DNA from: Microcystis aeruginosa NIES-843
Lineage (GTDB): Bacteria; Cyanobacteriota; Cyanobacteriia; Cyanobacteriales; Microcystaceae
DNA length: 32,000 bases
NCBI RefSeq assembly: GCF_000010625.1
Contig: NC_010296.1
Location: 2,490,001-2,522,000, forward strand
Direction: 5' to 3'
The notes below the pieces were generated by a model. That model searched no databases. It was not told the origin of the DNA and worked only from the letters and a program-made list of their open reading frames with translations. The first letter of the stretch is position 1. Every line of letters begins with the position of its first letter. Positions 31,940 through 32,000 of this stretch are shown here, in pieces. Made by a program: the position numbers and the translations under genes.

Positions 31940-32000
31940 ATGTCTGCTCAATCCTCAACCTCTAGCCTAACTGCTTTACAAAAAACACCGATCGCTATTA
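31940..32000 (+). CDS. Start of a further PKS-type protein (KS N-terminus); truncated by the right edge of the window
   Basis: Manual translation gives MSAQSSTSSLTALQKTPIAI, open to the window end. LT.LQK...PIAI mirrors the N-terminus of the preceding hybrid PKS (LTPLQK...EPIAIIGMGCRFPG). An RBS-like ggag lies 13 nt upstream. Confidence 0.5.
   Translation, partial: MSAQSSTSSLTALQKTPIAI

Overview
Cyanobacterial DNA, judged from about 38-40% GC by eye, many HIP1 octamers GCGATCGC (5817, 6567, 7356, 28459), heptamer tandem repeats and PEP-CTERM proteins. The window has two parts. (1) Positions 1-12.3 kb are an accessory region saturated with mobile DNA. It holds an IS1634-type transposase fragment and an IS200/IS605-type tnpB gene destroyed by a nested IS701-family IS, a MITE and a frameshift. 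It also holds an IS5-family transposase remnant split by another MITE, and three MITE families whose target-site duplications can be read directly. Embedded among these are an RND permease plus membrane-fusion pair and two PEP-CTERM secreted-protein genes that share a 236-bp duplicated 5' cassette. (2) Positions 12.6-32 kb hold a PAS-AraC regulator and a small hypothetical gene, followed by a co-directional orphan biosynthetic gene cluster. The cluster runs: free-standing carrier protein, two tandem flavin-dependent halogenases, PKS (KS-AT-KR-ACP), PKS/NRPS hybrid (KS-AT-ACP-C-T), an A-C protein with no carrier domain, and the start of another KS protein. The most interesting features are the carrier-plus-twin-halogenase front end with no visible loading enzyme, and the split, permuted NRPS module (C-T on one protein, A-C on the next). 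I cannot assign the cluster to a characterised pathway from memory. All calls rest on by-eye motif recognition and manual translation; no database search was possible.
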